Part shown: in pieces, positions 1 through 8,704 of the stretch
Position numbering within the stretch: position 1 is the first letter of the stretch
Layout: the number at the start of each line of letters is the position of its first letter
Made by a program: the position numbers and the translations under genes
Notes under the pieces: generated by a model
What the model was told of the DNA's origin: nothing
The model's input: the letters and a program-made list of their open reading frames with translations, nothing else
The model's database searches: none
Origin: a virus
Taxonomy: Duplodnaviria; Caudoviricetes
Strand: one strand, 5' to 3'
Length of the DNA: 64,000 nt
IMG/VR virus record: IMGVR_UViG_3300031949_000018
Location: 16,495 to 80,494 of that record

Positions 1-266
1 CTGAAGTCTGCAAATATGACGTCGGAAGACAGGACGTCGTTCCGGTCGCGCCCAACGATTCCCTTTCCACTCGTCATTACGTTATCGTAACCCTTGGCCT
101 TGAGTAGTTCACCCCTTGCCTCGAGCAGGAATATCTTTCCTCGCATCGGACTCAGCGCCTCGACACCCCTGTCCTTGAACAAGGTGACCATTCGCTCTCG
201 CTCGTCAGTCGCCTGCTCGTATGTTAGTCCTGTGATCGGCCCGCACAGATATACTATTTTTGTCAT
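1..266 (-). CDS. Nucleoside 2-deoxyribosyltransferase / dNMP N-glycosidase-like protein (3' end runs off the window; absent from the ORF track)
   Basis: Manual translation from ATG at 266: MTKIVYLCGPITGLTYEQA...SPMRGK...GIVGRDRNDVLSSDVIFADF. The YLxGP and RDxxDVxxSD motifs are typical of this family, and an SD-like AAGGTAGG lies upstream. Confidence 0.7.
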   Translation of the reverse strand, partial: MTKIVYLCGPITGLTYEQATDERERMVTLFKDRGVEALSPMRGKIFLLEARGELLKAKGYDNVMTSGKGIVGRDRNDVLSSDVIFADF

Positions 267-314
267 GATGATCCTACCTTAATGTGTCCGGTGCCTGAAG
301 TAAACGGCGCGGGC

Positions 315-2810
315 CTAGAAAAATGATGCCAAGGTCGCCTTTTTTGTATGACTCCACCCGATGACCGAGAGGATGATGTCGAGTGGCTGAAGGAAAGACT
401 TCTCGAACTGAAGATCGTAGTTGATATACTTCTCCATCCCAAACTCGGCTGGGAGGACGTTGATGCAGGCTAGGACGTTCTCACCCAGGTGGTTGGGCAC
501 CCTCACGTAACAGAATTTGATCTTGTCCCCGTCAGTGATCGAATCATATAACGTGTCTACCTTGTAGTCCTTCAGTGCCTTGTTATAGACGATGGCCGCC
601 CTGGTGTGCTGAGGGGTCCCGAGCTTGTAGACGTCCCTGGCCGATGTGTAATCGGTGATACCGTTTACCCCCCTGGGAAATGCTATCTCCTCGAACCTCA
701 TCCCCATGAACTCAACTCGGAACTCATTGACGAATTTTTGAAGTGAGGCCTCGTCTTCGTTCATTATTATCTCGAGGGCCCGCTTCAGCTTCTTCCGACA
801 GGGCTCGGGTGTCGACGACTTGACCATCTCGAGGCCAGTGGCCTTGATCTCAGGCTTGGCGAGTCGGACGTCCTCGATGTCGTAGGCGTTGAGGGCATAC
901 TTCTTCTTGGCGGTCCAGATGCCCGCTGATGCTATGGTCTCCCTCTTCATCCTCAGTTTTGTATGGTCGTAGGCGTTCACGTAGCGGGCCCAGCGCTTGG
1001 TGATGTCGTCGATCTCCGGCAGGATCTTCGACTTACAGACTTTGTCGATGAAATCTACCACCTCCTGTACGTTTGGCTCACTGTCCTCGTATACCTGATC
1101 GACGAGTGTGGCCAGGGTGACATAGACAGAATCGGTGTCCACGGCTATGACGTAGTCCACCTCCTCGGTCTTCATTATCCGATTGAGGTAGGCGTTGAGA
1201 TTATTCTCCATGTATCGTATGGCGAGCTGGCCAGACATCGTTATCGACTCCGCCAGGCGCATGTCGAACCAAAGAAACCACTCGTTGGCCATGGCACCAT
1301 ACCCGCTATTGAGGGCGTACTTCAGGGCCTTCTGAAGGGCTTCTAGGCTGGCTATGGCGGCATCTATCCTCTTCTTGTGTTCCTCATCGATGGTCGCCTC
1401 CTTGTTCTTCTTCTCGACGATCATCTCCTTCTTATAGATCGTCCTCTCAGAATACATTTTATTCATGAGCTGTGGAAAGAACCCTTGTTTGTCCTTGGAG
1501 AAGAGATGGCACGATCCAGAGATCGAGTTCTTTTCCAGGGTGAGAGCCAAGGCCCCGTCGAGGAGCTCATCTATCGTCAGCGTCCGTGGCAACCTGCCGA
1601 CGACGGTCTCGTTAGATATGTTGAGGGCCATGATGAGGTGTGGGTAAAGCGAATCGAAGTCGAATGATACGACCCACCTGTGCCTGCCGAGCTGGGGAGT
1701 CTTTACGTATCCTCCCTCGAATGGCACCCTGTTCGACGACGTCTTCATCGGCACGACGATCTTCTGTTCCATCAGGTGGTTGTGGACCAGCGTTTCCCAT
1801 GCCTTCACCGTCCCGAACGTGTCCTCGTACGAGACCTTGAAGTAGTAGGCGACCGTGAAGATGAGTTCGAGCAGCTGGAGCTTGTCGTTGAGTTTCTCTA
1901 CGAGCACGATGTCGCGAACGTTGTAGTCGATGAACTTCTGGGGGTCGTTCTCGTAGAGCTTGGCTAGTGTTCCGAACTCGGAGTAATCGAGTTTTTTCCC
2001 CACCTTCTCGGCGTCGCAGACGAAGTCTAGCCGATAGGATTCCCTCTCCTTGTAGGTGAATTTTTTGTACGCCCTCATGTAGTCGATCGTTGAGATGCCG
2101 GCTATGTTGTAGGTGTTGTTGATCCGGCCCATGAGGAATACCTCGCGCGCCTCGACCATGTTCCATGGGGACAACACCTTGCTGGTGCCGGATCCGAAAA
2201 CCCTGTCGATGCGGTTGACGATGTATGGAATGTCAAACATATCGATGAACCATCCTGTGACCACGTCGATAGGCGAGGAGCACCAGAGCTCGAGGAAACG
2301 GTTGAGTAGGTCGCCCTCGTCTGAGCATTTGACGTAGCGGATGTCAGACTTAGAGGCATCGTAATTAATGCATGAAAATACATATGTGGTTCCTTGGATC
2401 TTGATGGCTATGGACAGTATCTCCTGGTCGGCGGCAGCGACGTTCGGCTTGCCGCCGACCATGGCGACCTCGATGTCGAGATACGCTACGCATACCTTAG
2501 TTACGTCGTAGTCTGGCTTGCCTGGATACCTGTCGTTGATGAATGGATAGGTGAAGTTTGTCGCCCCGTAGATCTCCAGCCCGTGGGTGTCCTTGTACTT
2601 TTCTAGAAACTTCCTGGCGTCGGTGACACCGTTGAAGTCCCTGCGCGATACGGGTTTACCGTCGAACGAGGTATAATCCCCATCCTCGTCGGACATGAAC
2701 AGATACGGGCGGCAGCGAATCTTTGAGTTCACGTGGATCCCATCCACGATCTCTCTCAGGTGCACCTCTCCGTGGGTCATGAAAAAGTTGGTGTAGAAGC
2801 GGCCCATCAC
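315..2810 (-). CDS. gp43: Family B DNA polymerase (T4 gp43-like)
   Basis: Exonuclease motif LDIEV, and polymerase motifs SFDFDSLYPH, KYALNSGYG and AVDTDSVYV. Confidence 0.98.
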   Translation of the reverse strand: MMGRFYTNFFMTHGEVHLREIVDGIHVNSKIRCRPYLFMSDEDGDYTSFDGKPVSRRDFNGVTDARKFLEKYKDTHGLEIYGATNFTYPFINDRYPGKPDYDVTKVCVAYLDIEVAMVGGKPNVAAADQEILSIAIKIQGTTYVFSCINYDASKSDIRYVKCSDEGDLLNRFLELWCSSPIDVVTGWFIDMFDIPYIVNRIDRVFGSGTSKVLSPWNMVEAREVFLMGRINNTYNIAGISTIDYMRAYKKFTYKERESYRLDFVCDAEKVGKKLDYSEFGTLAKLYENDPQKFIDYNVRDIVLVEKLNDKLQLLELIFTVAYYFKVSYEDTFGTVKAWETLVHNHLMEQKIVVPMKTSSNRVPFEGGYVKTPQLGRHRWVVSFDFDSLYPHLIMALNISNETVVGRLPRTLTIDELLDGALALTLEKNSISGSCHLFSKDKQGFFPQLMNKMYSERTIYKKEMIVEKKNKEATIDEEHKKRIDAAIASLEALQKALKYALNSGYGAMANEWFLWFDMRLAESITMSGQLAIRYMENNLNAYLNRIMKTEEVDYVIAVDTDSVYVTLATLVDQVYEDSEPNVQEVVDFIDKVCKSKILPEIDDITKRWARYVNAYDHTKLRMKRETIASAGIWTAKKKYALNAYDIEDVRLAKPEIKATGLEMVKSSTPEPCRKKLKRALEIIMNEDEASLQKFVNEFRVEFMGMRFEEIAFPRGVNGITDYTSARDVYKLGTPQHTRAAIVYNKALKDYKVDTLYDSITDGDKIKFCYVRVPNHLGENVLACINVLPAEFGMEKYINYDLQFEKSFLQPLDIILSVIGWSHTKKATLASFF

Positions 2811-2815
2811 TACTC

Positions 2816-2844
2816 AGCATAAGGAAATGGCAATACAACGTCAA
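2816..2844 (-). promoter_or_regulatory. Sigma70-type promoter immediately upstream of gp43
   Basis: TTGACG-N17-TATGCT on the minus strand; the -10 hexamer ends 5 nt before the GTG start. Confidence 0.6.
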
Positions 2845-2857
2845 CGGCACGGGGAGT

Positions 2858-3406
2858 TTATTTTTGGAGCTCTTCGACTGGATTGATTATGTCGAATTCG
2901 ACTCTGGAGTCATCCTGATATAGGTAGCCGCCTTTGCCCTTGCCCTCGACGTCACCTGGGTTGCCGGACGGTTCTTCATTGTTACCTATGGACACCAGCT
3001 GTCCTTCTTCTAGTGCCTTCTTCATGGCGGCGGCCATGTTCGCGTTGTTCTCATTGTATTCGATGCGGTAGGATCTTGGGGCCCGCTCACCGGCATACGT
3101 GAACGACGTGAGGGGATTTATCTTGTCAAGCAATGACGAACCATCCAACTTTCTGGGATTTACCATCCAAAGGAATATGCCGCCCTCGTCAGTCTCAGTC
3201 GGCTCAGCCATCGCCACCCATAAGACGATGCCTGGTTGCAGGATGTCTCGCGTAGGCCATCCCTTGAATGAATCGGTGGAAAACCAGACGGCGGCGGCGA
3301 TGTAGAAGAACAGCGCGATCGACACGGTCTTTATCGCCCATTTCCCGTCGACCCAGTAGAACAGGATCGACATCATGACGGCGTATGCTATGAAGTAGAA
3401 TATCAT
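2858..3406 (-). CDS. Membrane protein (two N-terminal TM segments), third gene of the ExbBD-like cassette
   Basis: Hydrophobic N-terminus; its start overlaps the upstream stop codon. Confidence 0.75.
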   Translation of the reverse strand: MIFYFIAYAVMMSILFYWVDGKWAIKTVSIALFFYIAAAVWFSTDSFKGWPTRDILQPGIVLWVAMAEPTETDEGGIFLWMVNPRKLDGSSLLDKINPLTSFTYAGERAPRSYRIEYNENNANMAAAMKKALEEGQLVSIGNNEEPSGNPGDVEGKGKGGYLYQDDSRVEFDIINPVEELQK

Positions 3407-4050
3407 CAGTGTTGGCTTTCACCCTGTGAGAGGTTGGTCTTCACGAGCTCGATCGCCTCTTCCCAGATCCTGACCGGGTTGCCTGACTGATCTATCGAGA
3501 ACCTAAATGCGTGGGTCTCCTCCCAGGGTTTCTCCATCACTATCTCCTTGAGGTGAACGTCGTTGAACAGAGGGTTTATCTTCGACAGGACGAGCCTCAC
3601 CGGAAGACCGGTCTTCGCGACCATTTGGACACAAGTCGCCCCGACCCTATAGAGGTGGGCGTTGACCACGTATTCACCGGGGACCAGGCTCCTGAGGACC
3701 CAGCGCTCGGTGTTGCTGCGGGTGATGTACGTCTTTCCGTTTATGACTCTAGAGTCGTTGCTCGTTCCGGTATCGTCCCTCTCGAGATGCATGTTGTCGG
3801 CGTCCCTCTGGCGAAACCAAACTATTGTTCCGCTCGGGCCTCTGACCCAGATGTCGACGTCGCAATCTACGTCGTCCGGCCACGTCATCGTTATGATGTA
3901 CTCAGCCTTGGTCTCCACTCCGTCTTTCTTGGCGGTGATGGGGTTTATGAGGACGAGGGCCATCATGAATATCACGAACAGGTTCATCTGTCCACTTATC
4001 AACATGTCGATGAAGCTTGTCCGGGTGTCCCCTCGGTCGAATTGCTTCAT
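3406..4050 (-). CDS. ExbD/TolR/MotB-like single-TM protein with a C-terminal periplasmic beta-rich (YfaP/DUF2135-like) domain
   Basis: TSFIDML followed by a TM helix matches the ExbD/TolR TPLIDV motif with the Asp retained; C-terminal motifs W..DxDxDIWV..P and LERDDTG. Confidence 0.65.
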   Translation of the reverse strand: MKQFDRGDTRTSFIDMLISGQMNLFVIFMMALVLINPITAKKDGVETKAEYIITMTWPDDVDCDVDIWVRGPSGTIVWFRQRDADNMHLERDDTGTSNDSRVINGKTYITRSNTERWVLRSLVPGEYVVNAHLYRVGATCVQMVAKTGLPVRLVLSKINPLFNDVHLKEIVMEKPWEETHAFRFSIDQSGNPVRIWEEAIELVKTNLSQGESQH

Positions 4051-4051
4051 C

Positions 4052-4576
4052 TCAGTCTTGTTCTCTCATGTCTATCGCGTAGTCGGCGATGTAGGTCTCG
4101 AGTGAGAGGATGATCGTCCCGGTGATTCCCGACGCCGTTGCGTAGAGTGCTGCCGCCCAATTCTCACCGACCACCGGGATGAGGGTCGCAAGGATCGAGG
4201 CGTTGGAGAAGTCTTTTCCGACGAAGGCCGCCGCCAACATCGCGATGAACCCGTACGTGGTGCCGGCGAGGCCGAGGTTCAGGAGCTGTGAGGAAGAGAA
4301 CCAACCGAACGTCAGCCGCCGCCGAGACACGGTCAGGAGTCTTTGCGATAGACCCATTCGGATCTCGCTGGAGTTTTTCTCGATGTCTAAACATACGTAG
4401 GCGACAGAGATAGAGGCGATAGAAAACCATCCGAGAATGGTCAGGACGACGTAGAACTTATCGTTTACGTATACGTCGTGGGCGATGCCGTTTTGCCAGA
4501 GCCAGAAAGCCGCGGTGGCCACTAGGGCTTTTATGATCAACCACGATACAAAAGGGCGTCGTCCTACGAGATCCAT
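4052..4576 (-). CDS. MotA/TolQ/ExbB proton-channel family protein
   Basis: LLNLGLAGTTYGFIAML and ALYATASGI match the last two ExbB/TolQ TM helices; likely start is ATG at 4576. Confidence 0.75.
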   Translation of the reverse strand: MDLVGRRPFVSWLIIKALVATAAFWLWQNGIAHDVYVNDKFYVVLTILGWFSIASISVAYVCLDIEKNSSEIRMGLSQRLLTVSRRRLTFGWFSSSQLLNLGLAGTTYGFIAMLAAAFVGKDFSNASILATLIPVVGENWAAALYATASGITGTIILSLETYIADYAIDMREQD

Positions 4577-4595
4577 GAAATGCACTTGTTTATTC

Positions 4596-4913
4596 CTAGT
4601 TAAGAGAATTAGAAACGAGTGCATTAACTTTTTGGTTAAACACCTTGTGGACCGTCTCGGCCATGTGGAACGCGGCCTCGGCGGTTATCATTAGCCCTTC
4701 GTCGGGCTTGTTACGGTCAGAGATATTGACGTAGATGATCCCAGACGCCTTGTCCCTATAGATCGACAGCGACAGGTCGGAGTTCTCGATGAAGCGCTCG
4801 TCCTCGGCGCCTATCACCATCTCCCTCACCGATCCTACTCCGGTGGTGCTCTTCTTGTTCGTCATCAGCATCTTGTGAACCCCCTCGATGATGTTTTTGA
4901 TCTTACCACCCAA
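4596..4913 (-). CDS. Hypothetical protein
   Basis: Track ORF 4596..4961; probable TTG start at 4913 after an AGGAG SD. Confidence 0.55.
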   Translation of the reverse strand: MGGKIKNIIEGVHKMLMTNKKSTTGVGSVREMVIGAEDERFIENSDLSLSIYRDKASGIIYVNISDRNKPDEGLMITAEAAFHMAETVHKVFNQKVNALVSNSLN

Positions 4914-4914
4914 T

Positions 4915-5334
4915 CTACACTCCTGTAAACGGCGTCGGAACTTTTTTCTTTCCGATCTCATATTTAGATCGCAGCGCCCAACTATTTTTTTCCTTAAACG
5001 GCACGACCTTGAATTGATTTGCTGACACCCGCTCCTCTATCTTAGAGGAGTCAACGATCTCACACAGCCCCCATCTATCGAGAAGATAGGCGATCGTGTT
5101 GCGGCGGGCGATGTCTTCCTGGGAAATGTCTGATTCCTTGCCATCTAACATGAACATCTCCTTGAAGTGGGTGATGTAATAGTGTCCGCGCTTGTGCAGT
5201 ATGTGGCAAGTCTGGGTTAGTATCTTCACCCCGTCCTTCTCAGAAGGGATGCCGATTCTTGTAAGCGTTTCCTTGACGACTAGGAAGTCATCGGGATTAA
5301 GTAGTTTCACCTCCACTAAGTCGGTCACGCTCAT
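4915..5334 (-). CDS. regA: RegA translational repressor
   Basis: DFLVVKETLTRIGI, QTCHILHKRGHYYITHFKEMFMLDG and RRNTIAYLL; lies downstream of gp62 as in T4. Confidence 0.95.
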   Translation of the reverse strand: MSVTDLVEVKLLNPDDFLVVKETLTRIGIPSEKDGVKILTQTCHILHKRGHYYITHFKEMFMLDGKESDISQEDIARRNTIAYLLDRWGLCEIVDSSKIEERVSANQFKVVPFKEKNSWALRSKYEIGKKKVPTPFTGV

Positions 5335-5704
5335 CGTCTTGCATTCTTTTTATTATGTCATCGATGTCAGACCGAGGAAGGATTCGTAGAACCTCCCTCG
5401 ACCTGCTACTATTTATCCCGTACCATCTACTAATGGCGCTCACCGCCTCCCTCTCGTCTGGCTTGTGCCACTTAGAGAATCTTTTTTTCGGCCGCAGCGA
5501 ATAGAGATAATAGTCATGCTGGAGCTGCTTGTCGAGCCTGTGCATGCCGTTGACCTCGTTGGCGTACAGGACCGTGTCCACGAACATACCAAACGCCTTG
5601 TTGGTCAACCATGGGTTGTAGCCGGAGATTCCCTCCTCAGAATTCCTGGACAGGTCTCGCTTCTTCTCACCGACGTCGGCTATGTAGTCGAACGGTTTAC
5701 TCAC
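5297..5704 (-). CDS. gp62: Clamp loader small subunit
   Basis: PFDY..YNPWLTNKAF..DTVLYANEVN..LQHDYY..KKRFSKW; synteny with gp44 and regA. Confidence 0.9.
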   Translation of the reverse strand: MSKPFDYIADVGEKKRDLSRNSEEGISGYNPWLTNKAFGMFVDTVLYANEVNGMHRLDKQLQHDYYLYSLRPKKRFSKWHKPDEREAVSAISRWYGINSSRSREVLRILPRSDIDDIIKRMQDDERDRLSGGETT

Positions 5705-6636
5705 TTGAACTCACAGTCCGACATGACCTCGGTGAGGAACGCCGCGAGGTTTATCTCCTGGTCGGCGACCACCGTGGCCCTTTCCTGGTAGCGGCTGATC
5801 GTCACCACGAGAAGTGGGATGGTGTTCTGGACCATGACCTCCATGGCCTGGTCGTAGAAGGACCGCATGATCATCAGCGAGTCGTGGTCTGAGTGCTCGG
5901 CCACCCACTTGATCATCTCTGCGTGGGCCTTGCTCTTTAGGATCTTGATGAGATCGGTGATGTCTGTATTGAACTTGGCGAGGATGCCTGAATCGATCCT
6001 ACCGCTCCTGGAATAATACTGGAGCTCATTGATCACCTTCCGCCAGTCGGGGTAGTACCTGATGATCACCTCGCTAACAACGTCCTTGTCGTACTCGATC
6101 TTCTCCTCGTCGAGGATCCACCTCATCCTCTTAGAGAACTGCATCATCATCGAGGGTTTCTCGTCAGCAACGCAGTCGAAGGATACCTCGACCAGCCGAG
6201 ACTTGAGTGGGGAGATGATCCTGTTCGGATAGTTGCAGGTGAGGATAAAGCCACAGTTCCCTGAATAGGTCTCCATGAAGTTGCGGAGTGAGGGCTGGGT
6301 CGAGTTGGCGTTGAGATAGTCGGCCTCGTCAAGGATGACGTACTTTCGTCCTCCCGACATCGAGACAGTCGAGGCGAACTGGGTGATGTCGTTCCTCAGG
6401 GTGTCGATGTTGCCACTCAGCGACGCGTTGATGACGATGGAGTCGAGCCCCATCTCTGAGAGCATGGCCAGTGCCACGGTCGTCTTGCCGACACCCGGTC
6501 CTCCTGATAACAGGAGGTTAGGAGGCGTCTTCTCGATGACGAATCTCTTGAAGACATCCTTTAACTTGGCCGGAAGTACGCAGTCATCGATCGCCTGTGG
6601 ACGATACTTTTCTGTCCAGAGTGTTTCTTTTCTCAT
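5701..6636 (-). CDS. gp44: Clamp loader large subunit (AAA+)
   Basis: LWTEKYRP, Walker A GGPGVGKT, ILDEAD and PLKSR. Confidence 0.96.
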   Translation of the reverse strand: MRKETLWTEKYRPQAIDDCVLPAKLKDVFKRFVIEKTPPNLLLSGGPGVGKTTVALAMLSEMGLDSIVINASLSGNIDTLRNDITQFASTVSMSGGRKYVILDEADYLNANSTQPSLRNFMETYSGNCGFILTCNYPNRIISPLKSRLVEVSFDCVADEKPSMMMQFSKRMRWILDEEKIEYDKDVVSEVIIRYYPDWRKVINELQYYSRSGRIDSGILAKFNTDITDLIKILKSKAHAEMIKWVAEHSDHDSLMIMRSFYDQAMEVMVQNTIPLLVVTISRYQERATVVADQEINLAAFLTEVMSDCEFK

Positions 6637-6644
6637 GGCTCACC

Positions 6645-7301
6645 TTAGTCGGCGAGCGCCGGGATCCAGTAGGAGACGTCCGGGTTTTCTAACTTGACGT
6701 ATGACGGATGAACGCTGACCACGTAGTCCCGCTCGAGCATCTTGAAAGAGTTCTTAGGAATACGGACGTCTACGTCTGCCACACCTTCCGGGGCGTCGGA
6801 AATCCTGAACGAGTACTTATCCTTGGACGTATTCTTTATGTTTGCCGCCTTGATGAACACCCCCTCGGAGCTCACTGAGAATATGAGCTCAGGAAGTTCT
6901 AGGACACTCAGCGCCTTGGTGGCGTTGTCCAATTCCTCGGCGTTGACCGGGAAGGTCGTGACGGGTTCAGGTACGGCTGGATCTTTGGATGGGGCGCCCT
7001 TGATGAGAGTCTGATCGCTCAGCGTATACTGAATGTTGCGCTTCCCGGTGCTGATCACTGCGTGGGTCGGTGTGAACTCCACGTCTGGGTCGGAACCTTT
7101 GAACAGGGAGAGGATGCTGAGGAACTTCTTGAGATTGTAGATCCCCACCTCGTTCTCGACACTCTCGGTGATCGTCGCCGAGGCAAAGAGATCTAGGTTG
7201 GGCGTACCCGTCCTGACCACGTTTCCTGGGCGAAGGATGATGGACTGATAGATGCTAGAGAAGTTGTTGAGGATCTCTAGGGTCTTGGGACTAATCTTCA
7301 T
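6645..7301 (-). CDS. gp45: Sliding clamp
   Basis: MKISPKTLEILNNFSSI..IYNLKKFL..SYWI; synteny with gp44. Confidence 0.92.
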   Translation of the reverse strand: MKISPKTLEILNNFSSIYQSIILRPGNVVRTGTPNLDLFASATITESVENEVGIYNLKKFLSILSLFKGSDPDVEFTPTHAVISTGKRNIQYTLSDQTLIKGAPSKDPAVPEPVTTFPVNAEELDNATKALSVLELPELIFSVSSEGVFIKAANIKNTSKDKYSFRISDAPEGVADVDVRIPKNSFKMLERDYVVSVHPSYVKLENPDVSYWIPALAD

Positions 7302-7315
7302 GATGAACTCCGTTT

Positions 7316-8182
7316 CTATTCTCTTTTCTTAAGCTTAGATGGATCGGCGGTAGGGGCGGCACCGATCGAAGCCAGTGCCGGCAGGTGCCCGCCGAATATA
7401 TAGGAACCTACGTGCTGCAACCGCATCCACGGGCAGAGCCCCACCTTCGCACCGAACTTCTTGAGGTTCTGACAAAACCAGTAGTCCTCAGAAAGGTAGC
7501 GCTTCGAAGCCGGGTCGATGGCCGCTTGGAAATACATGCCGATCTCCCTGGTACCGTCGAACTCGGCCGACCGAACGTGATCCGGCCGATACATGATGCT
7601 GTCGTTGACCGACTCAAAATACTCGCGATATCTCTCGAAGACTACCCGCTTTATCATCATGAAACCGGTACCGATCTCTAAGACGTGTGCGGGTTCTCCG
7701 AGTGGGATGCTGCTGGGTGCGCCGGGTTCAATAATGGGGTTGAACACGAAGTCACCGACGAAGTCGTCGAGCTTATTCGGGTCCTCGTCGGCGACCCCCT
7801 TGTCGACCGCCATCTTGATCTTTTCCCAGCTAATGTTCTTCTTAGGATAGGCGCCGCCGAGTACGTCGAACTCCGAGTCGTCCCCCATCATGGCTAGGAG
7901 GGCCACCACGTCTTGGGGGTTGAAGCCGATATCCGAGTCGATGAACATGAGGTGCGTCATCCCGCTCCTCAGGAACTCATCGACACAGTAGTTCCGGGCA
8001 CGGGTAATAAGGCTCTCGTTGAAGAGAAAGTAACTCTTCAGCTCTAGGCCCATCTTAACGAACTCGGCGGTTAGGTCGGCGACGGATCTGGTGTACATAC
8101 CCGCACACTGACCGCCGTACATAGGTGTTGCCAGGAAGAGTTTGCGCTTGCGCATCTCCTCTAGGGAAATCTTGATCTCCAT
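7316..8182 (-). CDS. GT-A fold glycosyltransferase-like protein
   Basis: LFLATPMYGG, NESLITRARN, DxD motif FIDSDI, GTGFMMI and LSEDYWFC. Confidence 0.65.
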   Translation of the reverse strand: MEIKISLEEMRKRKLFLATPMYGGQCAGMYTRSVADLTAEFVKMGLELKSYFLFNESLITRARNYCVDEFLRSGMTHLMFIDSDIGFNPQDVVALLAMMGDDSEFDVLGGAYPKKNISWEKIKMAVDKGVADEDPNKLDDFVGDFVFNPIIEPGAPSSIPLGEPAHVLEIGTGFMMIKRVVFERYREYFESVNDSIMYRPDHVRSAEFDGTREIGMYFQAAIDPASKRYLSEDYWFCQNLKKFGAKVGLCPWMRLQHVGSYIFGGHLPALASIGAAPTADPSKLKKRE

Positions 8183-8204
8183 CCGGATGATCCTTTTTTT
8201 CTTG

Positions 8205-8423
8205 TTATTGTTCTTCTATCGACTTCATGATCTCTTCAACGGTTTCGAACGCGTATCGGTAATCTCTGCTCCCGATTTGAACTCTGGTATGATACCCGTC
8301 TTCGTAATTTATATCCAACCTGTCCACTGTCTCAATGATCGTTATCATATTTGGGTTTACGTAGACCAACCGAGTTGGGTCGGGTGGGCCCATCTCAAGT
8401 TGGGTTAGTTTGATGAACCTCAC
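8205..8423 (-). CDS. Hypothetical protein
   Basis: ORF coupled to its neighbours by overlapping start/stop codons. Confidence 0.6.
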   Translation of the reverse strand: MRFIKLTQLEMGPPDPTRLVYVNPNMITIIETVDRLDINYEDGYHTRVQIGSRDYRYAFETVEEIMKSIEEQ

Positions 8424-8695
8424 TTGTTCTTGTCCATCTGCCAGAGCATGAACATGGCATAGTGAATGATCTTGAGTAGGTCCTTCCGATTGAGTCCGTC
8501 CTTCTTCCCAAACCTGAAAGCGTATTTGATGATCGAGCTCGCGGCAAATTGCATTAGCATCCCACCCGCGGCGACCAGGTCGATCGCCTGGAGGTTGTCC
8601 TCCCCGACGTAGTGGGCGCCGTATGTTCCCGCTAGATAGGTCTCCAGTTCTGCGAGGAGTCTGGGCTCGTCATATTTCCACTCGATCTCTGCCAT
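8420..8695 (-). CDS. DUF3310-like small helical protein
   Basis: TYGAHY..QAIDL..IIKYAFRFGKKDG..DLLKIIHY. Confidence 0.65.
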   Translation of the reverse strand: MAEIEWKYDEPRLLAELETYLAGTYGAHYVGEDNLQAIDLVAAGGMLMQFAASSIIKYAFRFGKKDGLNRKDLLKIIHYAMFMLWQMDKNK

Positions 8696-8704
8696 GTGTT
8701 ACAA

